Origin: Amphiscolops sp. MND2022
Lineage: Eukaryota
Reading direction: 5' to 3'
Assembly: GCA_964187785.1 (NCBI GenBank)
Contig: OZ076409.1
Span: forward strand, 49,726,001-49,790,000
DNA: 64,000 bases
The notes beneath the pieces were generated by a model, which saw only the letters and a list, made by a program, of their open reading frames with translations, ran no database searches and had not been told where the DNA came from. The position numbers were made by a program, and so were the translations under genes. Below are positions 1 to 14,351 of the stretch, piece by piece. How positions within the stretch are numbered: the stretch's first letter is position 1; each line of letters begins with the position of its first letter.

Positions 1-244
1 TTTGGTTCATGTGTTTAATAGCTTTGGCCTGAGCAAAACTGCTCGGAACGTATTTGTTTTGAAAAACGGTAAGCGCTCCAAAATATTACTTGTAATCTGG
101 GTCATATCGAAATTCCAACAAGATCATCATAAGAAAAATCACCTGAGGGATTTACTTAGAGAAGTTTCAAGTAGCAATGACAGGTTTAATAACAAATAAT
201 TCGTTTCGAGTTCTGTATAAAACAACATCCTTGTCTGTTTCCAG

Positions 245-513
245 GCTACTCTATCCCCAAATGCAAGACTGTGGAGGAGTACAGGAACCTTATCGAGGGT
301 ATGCCTAACGTGGACTCGCCTCAGGTGTTCGGTCTGCACTCTAACGCGGACATCACCTACCAGACGAACACGGCCACCATGTGTCTGGAGACCATCCTCA
401 ACATCCAGCCCAAGGAGTCCGGAGGCGGCGGAGGAGAGTCACGTGAACAAGTCGTGTACCGACAAGCACAGGAGTTCTTGGATAAACTTCCCCCTGACTA
501 TGTACCCCACGAG
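245..513 (+). CDS. Axonemal dynein heavy chain (DNAH5/DNAH8-like), internal exon; gene begins upstream of the window
   Basis: ttccag|G acceptor and GAG|gtaagt donor. Translates (G)YSIPKCKTVEEYRNLIEGMPNVDSPQVFGLHSNADITYQ...PKESGGGGGESRE, a typical dynein HC C-terminal region. Confidence 0.95.
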
Positions 514-1487
514 GTAAGTTACATTTGATGGTGTAACTTCTTGGTGCAATACTGATAAACAACAAGTTGACAGAAAAAGTTGGTAGATATAGTTCTCGGT
601 GATTTTTTTCTGAATTTTTTCAGAAAGGAAATGGGGGCATTTTCATTTACCTCGCATCCAACTTTTCTGTCAAATTGTTGAACTTGAATTGAATAAATTG
701 TTCAAAACAATTGATGGTTCATTTGTTGTTTTAAATTGCGCAACACTTTCATGACCTTATATGCACTCAAATTTGCACCCAATTTTTGCAAAAATTCCTC
801 ATAGTTTGTTTCCTCTGAAAGCAGCAACAATGCTTGTATATGTCTTCCCTAGTTAAAAAATGCAATCTTAGCCAGGATTTTACAACAAGGATTTGTTCCG
901 TTCGAAAATTGGGTGTATTCATAGCTCGGATAGCCGCTTGTAACAATTTTTGTATTTGGGGTCAATGCGGTGTTTTGTTAGTTGCATACTTATTGCACAA
1001 TTCCGTTGCACAATTGGTTTCATAACTTTCAGCTCGTTCCAAAATCGGGTTCTGTGAGTAACAATCCCGCTTCATAAATACACACAACTGAAATGGCATC
1101 GGCGGAAAACATTATTCGACCAGTCCAGAAGAAATCAGCTATATGAGGTGACTTTTTCTGCCAAAACTGTGAGAGGTTCATTAATGGAATTAAACATAGC
1201 AGTGTTTACAAATAACAAAAAATATGTTTTTCCTGAAAACGCCGATGCCATTCGTCATTTTTATTTCACGATTATTTCATTTTCTCTTCATTTGTTCCCT
1301 AGACGGCCCCCAATATTTTTTAAAAATGAAACAAGTATTTGACTGTTATTTCCGTTTCATTAATTAATTCATTTGGTCCAGTTCAAATTTTTGGTTGCTT
1401 TATTAGATAAATATTATCATTTTTCAGTTTTGGCTTTTTGGCATTCAATCGACCTTGATCTAAAGTTCAATTAATCATTTTCTCCAG

Positions 1488-1700
1488 GTGCGTGACCGAC
1501 TGAAGAAAATGGGAAGCTTACAGCCTCTGAACATTTTCCTGAAGCAGGAAATAGACAGAATGCAGAAAGTGATCAAAACAGTGAGAACAACTTGTAAAGA
1601 CCTGAAACTGGCCATTGATGGTACAATCATTATGAACGACAATCTAAGAGATGCCCTGGATGAATTGTACGACGCAAGAGTGCCCAACTTCTGGAAAAAG
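1488..1700 (+). CDS. Dynein heavy chain exon (ends at a GC donor)
   Basis: ctccag|GTG acceptor. VRDRLKKMG...[14 protein letters not shown]...[11 protein letters not shown]...FWKK. The phase-0 join to the next exon requires AAG|gcaaga. Confidence 0.93.
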
Positions 1701-1970
1701 GCAAGAATATTGAATACCTCATTCAAATTGAAATTAAGGTTGTTTAAGTCCAAAATTCATTCGTTTCAATGAACGAGTCTTGAAAAGCACATGCACAAAA
1801 ATTCCCATCCAAACTTACAAGATTCAATCTAATAAAATGCATTATAATTACTATAGTAATAAATTTTGTAACTGTAAATGACCCTGTTAATTTTACAGTG
1901 CTATGCTATTACAACTTTTGATCTTATTTCTTATTTGAACTTGCTTCTCATTTCCCTTCTGTTGGGTTAG

Positions 1971-2099
1971 ATTTCGTGGGGCAGTGCGACCATTGGGTTC
2001 TGGTTCTCTGAGCTGCTGGACAGGAACACGCAGTTTTCCACATGGTGTTTTGGAGGTAGACCCAACTGCTTCTGGCTCACTGGATTCTTCAATCCACAG
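1971..2099 (+). CDS. Dynein heavy chain exon (not in ORF track)
   Basis: ttag|ATT acceptor and CAG|gttcaa donor. [43 protein letters not shown]. Confidence 0.95.
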
Positions 2100-2526
2100 G
2101 TTCAAAACCTTCTAACTCTGTAAAAGATAATCAAACTAATAAACATTTGCCTCACATAGAATGATTTTATTAAGGAATGTCAAAGACTGGAGCAGCTGGT
2201 TGAAAAGGATTGATTTTCAAACATTATCTTGTGCGAGTTTTAGACCATACGGTGAAAACGCGTTTGGGAAGCAAACTAAATGCGGAGTATTTGTAAACAC
2301 TGTTAAATATTGAGTGAAATTATCTCTCTTTCTCTCTCTCTCAACGGATCAGTTTAATCTAGAAGAAAAAGGATAACAAAAAACAAGCAACTGAAGTTCA
2401 TCCGTCAAATTTAATTTTTCCCTAACTCTCGGAGTATCATACATGGTGGCAATGTTTTAGCTATGTTCACCTTCCACGGTCCTCACTTATCTGAAATTTT
2501 TTTCAATTGTTCGATTTTACCAATAG

Positions 2527-2801
2527 GGCTTCTTGACGGCAATGAGACAAGAGATTACTCGTGCTCACAAAGGATGGGCGCTTGACTCAGTCGTACTCTA
2601 CAATGACATGACCAAGATGATGCGAGAAGACGTCACCAGTGGACCCAGCGAGGGAGTTTACATCTACGGGCTGTACCTGGACGGGGCCGGTTGGGATAGA
2701 AGGAACATGAAACTGATTGAGGCATCGCCCAAAGTGCTCTACTGTCCTCTACCTGTGGCTCACCTGTACGCCATCAACACCACGGCCGCTAAGGATAACA
2801 G
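2527..2801 (+). CDS. Dynein heavy chain exon
   Basis: aatag|GGC acceptor and AG|gtaaac donor. [20 protein letters not shown]...[16 protein letters not shown]. Confidence 0.95.
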
Positions 2802-5306
2802 GTAAACCTTTCACTTGAAATAATCAAGTTTTTCACCGTGAATTCATTTGTTTCTCGTTGAAAATAAGCAAGTCAGATTTTTAGGACATCAAACACAGTT
2901 TAAGTGATTAACCAATAACGATGCTATTTAACCAACATCGACGTTTTCAAAGGAATCATTAAAATCCTGTGGATCGACTATTATTAGACGTGATATGTAT
3001 TGTAACGCATCGCATAAATTTTTAAGCAATCCCAAAATAAGTTGATCATAAATTGAACAAATTTTGACGCCTTTAGTAGGTTGTTAGTAGGAATCCATAA
3101 CTGACCGAACAAGAAATTGGTATTATAAATGTAATAAACACCGACAAATTTGAAATATTCAGTTTTTTGTTCGTGCTTCAAAGATTTTCATCATATTCGG
3201 TAAATGTTAAAACTTTAACTTACTTAATTTTTCTTTTGATTTTTAGCCAATCTGCGCGGGAAAGAGATTGCCGCGAAGAACAAAATTACGTGTTACATTT
3301 TTGTATTGTCAATTGATGATCAATCAGTAACCTATAAATCAATCAATCAAATAGTTAAACGAGCATATCAATCATTCGAAACTTTGGAGATACTTTGCAA
3401 ATTATTTTTTGACCTTTAATTTGAATATCACGCCATTAAGAAACAATACCTGTATTCATACTTGAATTCGCCAAGGAAATGGATGTCATTTTCTGCCTCA
3501 AAAACAACTGCCGTCTTCTAGTTTCGAACCTGTGATTTGCGATTTTCCCGAGCACTCACACGTTTTTCACTCAGTGTTACATATTACCTCCGTGACCTTG
3601 AATTGTCAGCCACACATCATTGTCACATTTTCCCAATTGTTCACACCTTCCCTTCTCCATTGTGTCATTGTTCAAGCCAATTACTTTTCAAGGCGAAAAG
3701 TAGACGTTGATAACTTGAAGTGAAAAACTTCGAAAAGCACCGAAATTTTAAAAATTGATTCCACGAATAGCGATAATGAGTTGATGAATAGTTAATTTTC
3801 CAACAGTTTTTTCCACTTTTTCGTATCTCTAACCCAATTTCTAAATGGACGTTATTCGAAAACTATAGTGCTGAAATCGGAAAAATGATTCTAATCTTTT
3901 TTAAAGTGAAGTAACCTCAGTTTTGAACTAGCTAACCTTGTATTTTGTTTCCCTGAGTCATCGAAAAAGCATGCGCAATGTCAGTAGAAAAGTTCAATAA
4001 AGGTGTGTTACTAATCTTGTGGATTTTTTCAAAAAAATTGCTTGGCGAATACGTCTTTTTTTGATATGTAAGCAAGATGTCTTGCCAATCTTGATGGATC
4101 TCTTCTAATAGAAACTACAGAAATGTTTTATATGCTGCATGGATGCATGCAGGATTTTTCCAATGAAACATAAACAAGTCAAGGACCGTGCACAGGGCTT
4201 TAACCCTAAAATGACGAGGAAATTTCCGGATTAATGCAAAAATCTGGTGCTTAAACTTTAAACCGCAATATCTCCTAAACTATTCAAGTCCGACAAACAA
4301 TTCATAGCGCGTTCGAAAGAAGACAATCATGGCTTTCAATTTGATTTCTGAACTGCTGGGCTGGGGGACCCATGCGCCCAAAGTTTTTTGCGCGTAGTCT
4401 TCCGCTGGCGTGCAGCTTGGCAGCACAGGCTCCGGACTTTGCGCCAAAACTTTGCACGCCTCGTGTTTCTGACTGCATTTCAGCATGCTTCAAAAACATG
4501 CTAGGGCCACTTTGACCCAATCTTGATACCAGTGGGATAAAGTTGCCATAAACGAAAACTGAAAGAAAGCGGAAAATCTGTGCTGATTTTTTTTTTGATT
4601 TTTGGTTTCTGTTTTCTTGATTTTAGAAACAATATGTCAATATTCCGTGAAACGGCATGCAATGCTATGAAAAATCGTCTAAATAATAAAAGCAAAAAGT
4701 CGAAAAGCAAAAACAAATAAGCAACGTTGAGCTTTGTGACCTTGAGCACAGCTTCAAGCCGATCATTTTTTAACCACTTGACTGCAAATATGGTATAAAT
4801 ACTTGCTATGGAGATTATAACGGTGACAAGTTAAGAAAGCAGAACTGCTCATTCGGCGTCCACCCCGTTAACTTGGGGAAACAAACACTTCTTTTTCTTC
4901 CTTGGAAAAAATTATTTTCTATCCTTTTTCCCTCTAAAAGTACCAGAAATGCGTTGGATCTCACTGCTTTCAACCTTGACTATTTGCAAAAAAAAATCTC
5001 ATGAACAAAGTGGAAAATCTTCAGAAAATAAATAAAGTTCATAATCAATCAATCAACCAACCAACCAAGACTCCCCATTTTCGAAAAACTTCAAAAAGAT
5101 TCACAAGATTAGCAAGACACCTTTTTTCAAGTAGAACCCCATATGAAACAGCTGATTATAGCTCATTAAAACGAGTGAATGTTATTAGATCCCTGCAATG
5201 ATTTTCATATAGATATCACTATGTGTATGCTTTTCCAAATTCGATCCTTCGTTTTTCTTTTGTGACTTTAATTCCAGCCTTCAATTTCATGTGATTGTTG
5301 TTTCAG

Positions 5307-5442
5307 GCTTTACGCTTGTCCAGTGTACAAGAAACCAAACCGAACCGACTTGAACTTCATCTTCCAGCTGAATTTGAGAACCCAGCAGAGTCCAGATCAC
5401 TGGATCTTGAGAGGAGTTGCACTTCTCTGCGACATCAAATAA
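5307..5442 (+). CDS. Dynein heavy chain terminal coding exon
   Basis: tttcag|G acceptor. (R)[44 protein letters not shown], matching the DNAH5/8-type C-terminus as recalled. Confidence 0.95.
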
Positions 5443-6075
5443 ACAACAAAAAACTACATTAAAAAACAAAAAAATCGTAAAAAACAATGTTTTAGAACAC
5501 CAGAATCAAGCGATGAAGCATAAATTCAAAAACAACACCTCAATCTAGATGTACAAATTGATCGTTTCATTATTGCAACTGAGTTACCAAGGGTAGCCGT
5601 GAGTGACTTTAGCCGCTCGATGAAATAACCGAATGGTAATATAGAAGAATTTGCGTGCATTGACTTTCGTTTACACTGGTCGGTTGCAAAGTTACATAAT
5701 AGTTTCATCATTTAAAGATCACAGTCGACAAATCACAATTGAGAATTCAGTTCGCTTCTGCTGTAATTTGTTTCTGCATTATTATCGAGCGACTATAATA
5801 CTCCCTATCACCTCACCAAGAGAGATGATTTCATTTTTGTTTGCACAACTTCATCACAAATCGCGACTCCATCAAAATAGATCTTCAATTGAATTGTTGT
5901 GCATATTGTGAAAATGTATTCTGAAAGTGAAAAGGTTCTTGATGGTCGGACATTATTATATCTATGAATTAAACAGATAGCTGAAATGATCAAACATTGA
6001 AAATTGGGATTTCACAGTTGCTATTTCGAAAATTTCATTAATTTCAAGTCAAAGAACTTTTTCGATCTCAATCTA

Positions 6076-6292
6076 GGATCTTTTCTGTTAATTCCCACCC
6101 CCACCCCCCACCAATTTAATCCCCCCCAGTTAATCGGTCAAGTGAAATTATCACTGAATTAATAGTAACAACCAAACAAATTGCAGTATTTCATAACTCT
6201 AACTGCAACTGAAACTCATCGCTGATAGTGGTGGGGAATTAAAATTTATGCGCTTACTGTGGGGGGGGGGGGGGAATTAACAGAAAAGATCC
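6076..6292. mobile_element. MITE with GG...CC termini and 8-bp TSD (Merlin/hAT-type geometry)
   Basis: TIR GGATCTTTTCTGTTAATTCCC / GGGAATTAACAGAAAAGATCC. TCAATCTA is duplicated at 6068-6075 and 6293-6300. Confidence 0.85.
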
Positions 6293-6485
6293 TCAATCTA
6301 TATACCATTATCATAAATACATTGTAAATACATGTAGATTGAATTGAATATTTGCAAGCATAGATGTTCTTAATTTTACATCTAATGAAATGTCGCTCGG
6401 TCGTCAAGTCAGCAGTAAAGCCAGAGGTCGTTTTTAGTCGGCGCTTTTCATAAAAAACGCAGCCCGGGTTGACTCTCCGTGGATA

Positions 6486-7388
6486 CCCTAGTTCAAAAAA
6501 ATGCTTATCTTGCAAGATTATTGCAAGATCTCTTTAAAGAAAATGCATTTTTCTTGAAGAAATCTTGCAAGAATCTTGCAAGATAAACATTTTTTCAATG
6601 ATAATCTTGCAAGATATACATTTTCTCAAAGAATCTTGATAGAATTGAATTTTCAAATCAAAAGTAATCATGGAATTAAAGGATCCGATTTATGAAGACA
6701 CTCTCCACGATAGATACAGCCAGAGTCTCACTTCTTAAATTGTGAAGGACCCAAAAATGCAAACTCTAGAAAAAATAAAACTCTAGAAGTGTGATTTTAG
6801 TAATGCGCTCTAAAAGCCTAATTTTTGCAATAAAAAACCGACATTTGAAACTCAGTTTTGATGTAGTACATTGGAAAACAAATGACCCTCTATCATGTAC
6901 ACGATGAAGACTTCGAAATTAGACCGAACGAACCTAAATTGATGAAAGGCGTATATTTTTTGGAAAAAACCGCAAAAACAAGAGAAAAATAAACTTTTTT
7001 CGCCAATTGGTGAAGCTGTTGACTACGTTATCATAACTCATTTGTTGTCTTGCAAGATTTGCATTGTCTTGCAAGATTCTTGCAAGACTGGCATCGACTC
7101 GCAAGAAGCTTGCAAGAATACCATGTTTTGTGAATGATGACAAGCAAAAATGATGAAATTCAAAATGGCCGCGCCCAAACTTCGAGTTTTTCAAATTTAG
7201 ATTTTTTAAAAAAAAATCTTGCAAAAAATGTTTTTCTTTCAAGAATCTTGTAAGATATCTTGTAAGATTTGTATACAACTGAAAAATCTTGCAAGATTTG
7301 AATTTAGGTCCACAATCTTGCAAGATAGCCATCAAATGCAACATATTGGCAAGAATCTTTAAAGATTTGCATTTAACTTCATCCAGGG
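6486..7388. mobile_element. MITE with CTTGCAAG-rich subterminal arms, TA-flanked
   Basis: ta|CCCT...AGGG|ta with imperfect TIR. Dense palindromic CTTGCAAG motifs at 6500-6640 and 7040-7370. Confidence 0.6.
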
Positions 7389-8389
7389 TATCTCAGTAAG
7401 ATCTTGGCAAATCTGATTGGAAGTCAACAAAAATAAAACATCTATGCAGATCTTTATTGTTATACATGACAATTTTCTGTTACCAAGGTATAAAATTTGA
7501 TTGAAGAGTCCTTATGCTGTTTATTTAGGGAGTCACTGAATAAATTGCTCAATCAATTGGAAAATCATCGCCAACAACGGCGTCGGAAAAGCCTCGTGCT
7601 GAATCATTATCGTGGCAATGACCGCAGTTACCAGCAGCAATAGCTCTGCTGCAACAAGCTCAAAGAACGATGGAGAGGAGATAAGAACTTACAAAAAATT
7701 CCGGGTTTCTAAATGTTACCTGTGTAACTTTCCGATAGTGGCTCTGGACGTTTGAGAGCATTTTTCTCCGTCTCTGGAAGTGACAGGAGTGATAAGTTAC
7801 AAGTTTTCAAAAGCCCTTGAACTGAGCTTGCATTTGATACATTCGCATTTCTCAGTCTTAAACAGGTGAGCAGTTATTAGGATTCTCGTCAGAACTTCGG
7901 AAGCCAGAATACGTAATGGTAATTTTTCGCACATTTTTGCATGCAAATTTGTTTCAGCAGATTGCAGCATTTTGATTATGAACACGAGTAGAAATAGTCG
8001 TTGTTGGGTGAAATAAGCCTTTATATTTGGTCTCGGCTGCTTGCGCCGAAGGTATAGAAGGTATAGTGTTTTTTACAACTTAGAAGTTTGTCCATCGTTA
8101 CAAGATACGATCTTGGAATAATAAATCATCTTAGTGAGATCTTAAGAATCTTGCCATGGGTTCCATCGTCGCCAATACGTAGTAAGAATTTGGTAAGATC
8201 CTGCCAAGACAGCCATGATGCTAGTAAGAGGATTAACCCGGGAGAGATAGCACTGGCCTTTTTTAAGACAAACGAAGTGACAGGTTTTATAATCATTGTA
8301 AGCTGTAATGTATACCGAACACAACGTTCCTTGGAGAATTTTCAAAGCTGTAAAAATTGCAAAGGAATCCCAATTGACAATAACACAAC

Positions 8390-8590
8390 CCATACCGATT
8401 TAACGCAAACTGGATATAACGAATTTCGGATATAACGTTTTTTGGAGAATTTTTCAATGTTACAAAAGGCCCTCCCTGTGGAATTTTTGGCGCAAACCCG
8501 ATTTAACGCAAGCCCGAATTAACGCAAACCGGATTCAACGCAAACCGGATATAACGAATTCCGGATAATAAGTATATCTGATATAGCGTT
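8390..8590. repeat. Short tandem motif cluster (TAACGCAAAC / GGATATAACG), probable MITE arm
   Basis: Multiple copies of taacgcaaac and ggatataacgaat. Confidence 0.5.
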
Positions 8591-8992
8591 TTCTTGTTTT
8601 TAATACCAGCATTTTTTCGGACCTATGTGACTTTTTTCTAATTTGTTTTTATTGAAGCCCCCCTTCAAGTTTTACAAGAAACCAAAAATTTTGCGAGCAA
8701 AGAGGACTCCTTAGGGTTTTCGACACTTTGCGACATACCGAAGACATTTTTTGGAAAAAATATGTTTTTTTTTCTCAATTTTTCGTTTCTTGATGTTTTC
8801 CTGTACAAGATGTTTTTTGCTGTTTCCAGTTGGGAACAGCAGTTGTCGAGCCATTTACAGGTCCCTTTTGGTATTTTTTGGCACTGCTTTAATACGATCG
8901 AAGCAAGATCGATCATGGAACTAACACAAACATTTTTACTACAGATTTGTACCACGGAAATTCATATTTTAAAGATGCCTCGTACAGTGATA

Positions 8993-9192
8993 NNNNNNNN
9001 NNNNNNNNNNNNNNNNNNNNNNNNNNNNNNNNNNNNNNNNNNNNNNNNNNNNNNNNNNNNNNNNNNNNNNNNNNNNNNNNNNNNNNNNNNNNNNNNNNNN
9101 NNNNNNNNNNNNNNNNNNNNNNNNNNNNNNNNNNNNNNNNNNNNNNNNNNNNNNNNNNNNNNNNNNNNNNNNNNNNNNNNNNNNNNNNNNNN
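8993..9192. other. Assembly gap (200 N)
   Basis: Run of N. Confidence 1.
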
Positions 9193-9342
9193 TGGAAAAC
9201 TCAGACTATAGCACTGGCTTTTCTTTTTTTAAGACCAACGACGTGACAGATTTTATAAGCTTTATAATCTGTTGCTTCCACTGACTGCCACACTAAGCTT
9301 GTAACTTCTACTGCCACTTGGCATAGATGTTAATCACGATTT

Positions 9343-9600
9343 TTGAGGTCTGCGAAGCAGGAGGACGTGGGTTCGAGTCTCTCTACCTGGTTAGAAGAAG
9401 GAACGTGGACTTCTTCAGACAATTACTCGTACATGAGACCAATCCGGGCGAGCAACCATGTGGAATCGTGGCATGCTCATGTCAACAAGCAAGCCGCTCG
9501 TGGAAACGTAAAGTTTTACTTGGTATTAGGTTTTGCGAAAGACGAGGCAACTTGAGGCAAGTTGAGATAACATGTCATATATTAACAACAAGTGAAATCA
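9343..9600 (+). pseudogene. MULE (Mutator-like) transposase C-terminal remnant
   Basis: IRASNHVESWHAHVNK...NVKFYLVL resembles the MULE RTNNxxEGWH motif. Confidence 0.6.
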
Positions 9601-10699
9601 AGAAATGGAAATTTACGTTAACATTACGGGTCCCAAGCTTCATGGAGCACTTTCCGTGAAAATCAGTTTTGACTTGGTTCGTGTTTGACTCGATTTATGT
9701 TTTGACTTGACATGAGTTTTGGACATTCATTAGGTACTGCTTCATTGAATAGGTCTTATTCCATTCAATAGGTCTTATTCCATTCCGGTGATTTTTGAGC
9801 TGATATCGAGCGTTTGTGAGAATCCATGATTGAGTCAGAAAATTTTTAACACAATCGTGAGATTCAAACTTGTGACCCAAACTGGTTTGACCAAATCGTG
9901 CCCTCCTTCACACAAATTATGCGGGACTAAAAGTAAAACAAAGGCACGGCTGCATGTCTCGCCTGGCTTCGACCAGAAACCTTCAATGGAGTGCAAAAAG
10001 TGCTGCTATGTGTGTATATTCTAATGGCCCAAAACAATTCCATCTTACCTTGTCTCAGAGCAGGGAAGATCCATGAAAAAACAAAGAACAAATGCATGAA
10101 AAAAATTCAAGACTTTCTGGCAGACAGACGCAAGCGCATTGTTTTTGAAGGAGTTTTTGTTGGTGAAAGAACTAGTCTACAATCTTCCCGTACTTTCTGA
10201 GGGATTTTAGTTTATTGTATCTGTTCTCAGTTCAGAGAAAGATGAGCTACAAATTGGAATATTTCCAGACATTTTTTCTTCCGTTTTTTGCTCAAAAAAA
10301 GGAGAATGAAAAAAGGAAACAAGTTTTATCGTCTGTTTTGAGGTGAAAGGTAGTCTACTGTACACTCGTTCAATGGTGTGCAGATTCAGAAATTTTTTAT
10401 GCCAAAAAATCCAGAATGAAAAAGTTCTATGACGTCGAATTTAGGCTAAAATGTAGCCAACGAAACCTTCGTACAATTAACGGAATTATGTAGTTGTATA
10501 TTCTGTGCATTATGCAAAATAGAAGATCAAACAAAAGAAACACTCAAAAGTCGACTTATTTCAGGTCTTCGCAAAAAACCATGAAGTTCAACTTTTAGTC
10601 GGAGCTTCACGAAGTGAAACGCGACTCTACTAGGGACTCTTTTTTCAATCCACACGACCAGAACAGTTCTACAAAAGTTTATGTTGTCAAAATGAACCA

Positions 10700-13300
10700 T
10701 TTGGCGTAGGAAACTGAAGTATAAAGGTTGTTCATTGTTTCCAGCGGAACACATAATACCGGGAGGGACCAAAGCCCCCCCGTTTCAGTTTTTGCGGCCT
10801 TGTGAGATTTTTTTCGATTGTTTTTCTCGAAAGGGCGGTTTGTGGAGTGTAACAGGCACTGAACAGCCGACCACATAATTCGTTTTGGCCATTGCCCTTA
10901 GGATAGCAGGGCGTAGATTTGGAGGGTGCCACTCCATTTTGGCGGCAGAAATTTTGGAATTCCGATGACACGAACTTTGTGCCCCGGTCGGAGTAAATGA
11001 ACCTAGAGTTTCCGAAGATGGAGAAACAAAAAGTGTCGAATAACATTTGATGACGTCACTAGACGTGATGTTTTGGAGAGGGAAAGCGACCGGAAACTCA
11101 CTAAACTCATCCAGCACTGTAAGAAGGCATTGGTTTTTGCTTCGAGTCATTGGGTCCAAATCTGAAAGAGAGGGCCTCTTGGTCGGTGCGAACGTAACCA
11201 GTGATGAACCAAAAATGTCTGAGAAACGGCGGAAGCCTTCCAAGATAGCCATAGCTTCCCGTTCAACAACACAGTGCGTCTTTTCGCTTGGTTTCAAATT
11301 TCTCCAGAAAAACCAAAAGATTTGTCGCCCTAACTGAGTGTCGCTCCGATACTGGTTTCGAGCGTGTCAGTTTGGAGAACGAGGGGCTCGTTTCCCCGGG
11401 GTAGTCAGAGTACGTCAGAGGCAATTTCCTTCTAGGGAGTTGCGATAGCTGTTCGAAAAGCTTGATTGAGCAGAAAAACCAGTTGTGCCTGCGCTGCGAG
11501 CAGAGGAGCAACTTTATTTGAGTAGTCTGCAACCCGAATTGCGTTGTACGCAAAAATCCCAAGCAGGAGTTTCAACTGGGACGAGTTGTCAGGTATAAGG
11601 AAAATTTTCAGAGTCTTGATTTAGCTCAGATCGGTGCCGAGCATTGGCTCTGTTTTATAGCCAAAAACGCATTTAGCTTTGTGCAGCGGCAGACCCTAAA
11701 TCGCGGCCTCTTTTAGGAAGTTCCTCGATTTTTTATGGTGTTCCTCCTGGGATCTGCCTCCGATGAGAGCGCGCGAAGGCTGTCATTGTTCGTTGAATGC
11801 TGCTACAGACTTTGTGACCCCAAAAGGAAGTATTCTGAACTCAAATTTCGAACTTTACTTCGAACACGGTGAATGGCATGTCCTTGCGATGGAGTGGGAT
11901 TTGATGATACGCAGACTTCATATCGATTTCCGAAATAAAATCAGTGTTCTCAGCTCCTTGATCAAGCAGGTCTCGCATAATTGGGAAGGGGAAGGCATCC
12001 TTGGACGTATAACGATTAAATGTCTGCGAAAAGTAAATCACCATCCGTCACTTGGGACCGTCCCTAACGAGAAAAACTTGAGCCCGCCGGGGATACGCGG
12101 AAACTTGATTTATGCCCTCGTTGAGCATGCAGGTAACCTCGGACTCCATGAAAGCGACGTCTTGCGATTTTTTAGCGAGCGGTTTTGCACTATGAACTGA
12201 ACCAGAGAGTATGGTCGGAGGGGCAATTCGCCTTGAGCCCGGCAAATATAACAGTCTCTGCTCGATCACCGCGTAACTCCAATCTGACTGTGTGATGTTG
12301 ACGGAGAACGTCAAACCCGAGAAGAACATCCGCAACGAGGTGTTTTGCGACGGTGAAGGCATCTTGGTAGGTCTTTAGGTTTACCTCAATTTTCGCTTGA
12401 GCAAAACCTGACTTAACCAGGGGGTAGCCATTTGCCAAGGCAGTCACCTTGCGTTTCGCGCGGACTTTCAGACAATTAATGGCAGCTGTTGAGCCGGTCA
12501 TTAAAGAGTCCCTTGACCCGGTAACAATTATTGCTCGAAATTCCTCATTCTTTACGGCAAATTTGAGGCTGACATTTAGATTGGCAGGTGGCAGGACAGT
12601 ACTACACAAAACAGCGGAAGTCTTGAGTTCATCAGATGACCATTGCCCAGGGTCAGGCTCAAAAGCACTTGTGACAAGTGTCCTTTTTGGCTGAGCACTT
12701 TTGAGCCTGGGTGCTGTTCTAGAGCAGGGTGCCGCCGCCGAGTTGTCTGGGAGAACGGCTTGGCCGCAGCTACAATTGAAGATTCTGCGATCCGAAAAGA
12801 TTTCGAAACGTCAGAGGATAGTTCGATAGCACATGCAAGCGACATGCAGCTGTCGATGTCGGCCTTGGAGACTTCCAGCCCAATAGTCTTGCCCGAATGT
12901 CCTCAGATCTGAGCCTCGATATCAAAACGTTTCGTACTAGATAGCCTTTATGTACTTGGACGGTCAAATGGGTGCATTCGCAGTCTTCAACAATCCTTCT
13001 TTTGACTGGCACAGAGCATTTGATGACGGGCAAAAGTCCTATTGTGGGCTTCACAAACTGCCTGTCCAGCGTTAGCAGAGCGTCTGCAAACGTTGCAGAA
13101 CTTTCAAGGAAAATGAAATAGTCTGAGTTTACAAGTGTACGGACAAAAATAAATTGTCCGGTCTTTCGGTTGTGCGATTGATACGTAAACCGTTCTCGAA
13201 GTCTTTTTTCACAACTTGCGTTTCTCAAGAGGAGGATTGGATGGCAAGTCGGATGACTTGAACTTCATGAGACACAGAAGAAGAAATACAGCGGATAGAC
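10700..13300 (-). mobile_element. Decayed Ty3/Gypsy internal region (gag-PR-RT-RH-IN), internally deleted
   Basis: Protease-like AIIVTGS; RT DAFPFP...EIDMKSAYHQIPL; RH VVEREAMAI; IN LTVLDEFS and YSDRGTKFVS...PKGNGQNE. Many frameshifts. Confidence 0.85.
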
Positions 13301-13666
13301 AAGTGCTACGAGGAACTTAGGGAAGAGAGAATTCGCTTACATGAAAACAGCCTAGCGCAGGCAGCTGCAATAGTCCCGACGGCTTTCGTGTTATCGGAGA
13401 TGACCTGGTTTGTCAATCTGTGGGCAGAAGGTTTTCCGAAGCACTCGATTCTTCATCAAGATGGAGTGAATTCCACTGATGATTCTTGACTTTTGGTGAA
13501 ATTCGTCTCCGGTAGTGTGCTTTTTGACGCTGTAGATGCTTAGCGATATGCCTCTGAAATACCAGCGATGTTTGTTGCGTTCTGGGAGTCGATTTAATGC
13601 CTTTATATACCAGTCAGTAATGTTAACTACTTAAACATTACATTGACAAATAAAGTTAATCCATTG

Positions 13667-14351
13667 TGTAACGGCCGCTCAAATCTTACAGCGGAATTGA
13701 TAATTCTGCCGGTCCCGGATCCTTTCCGCTTCTTCCGCCAAAAGCAGCAACAAACTTTCAAAAGGACTGTATTTCTTCAATGAGTTCTCAGCTGCTAGCG
13801 ATTTCGTGTTTCTCAACTTCAGACTCTTTGGGCTGAGCAATAATTCAATTCCAATTCTCTTGTGACTGGAAATCCGCCTCGCCTCTTCGTCCTCAACAAA
13901 GTATTTCCACCAAAGCCTCCAAAGAGGGTTGTCGTTTCACGTCCATAGCTCTTACGATGAGCTTTTGATCTCGCTACTACGATGAGCGATTATAGTATGC
14001 TTTCCTAGATCTTAGACCTACTACGCCTAATAATGCTATTTCAAGAGAACTTTTCTGATTGATTAGGACTCCTAAAACAGCTGATCGTTTTTTTTCGATC
14101 GTTGAGCAGTGCAATGCTACCCTCCCAGTAACAACTTGTTTAAACCGGAACCGGGTAGCTACTCAACAGCTGTCAGAGACATTTAGGTTTCAAGAATATT
14201 TATATTAGCGTTCTGATTATGTTATCAAAATCGGTCAACAACAGCACGGGTTAGTAAAATAAGCTTTTGAGCTTCGAGTGACTTGGTAAGTTTTGGAACT
14301 CAAGATTTCAACTAGCTAAATGTTGAAATTTTTGATTCTCTGGTGCCAACA
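13667..14351 (-). repeat. BEL/Pao 3' LTR
   Basis: Plus strand TGTAACGGCCG...GGTGCCAACA. Preceded on the minus strand by the purine-rich AGAGAGAAAACAGGG tract. Confidence 0.9.

Noticed and set aside
6463..8241. Outer MITE bounded by CCCGGGTT...AACCCGGG
   Set aside because: Only ~10 bp of inverted match and no TSD could be found.
8762..9246. ORFs spanning 9.0-9.2 kb
   Set aside because: Artefacts of the N gap.
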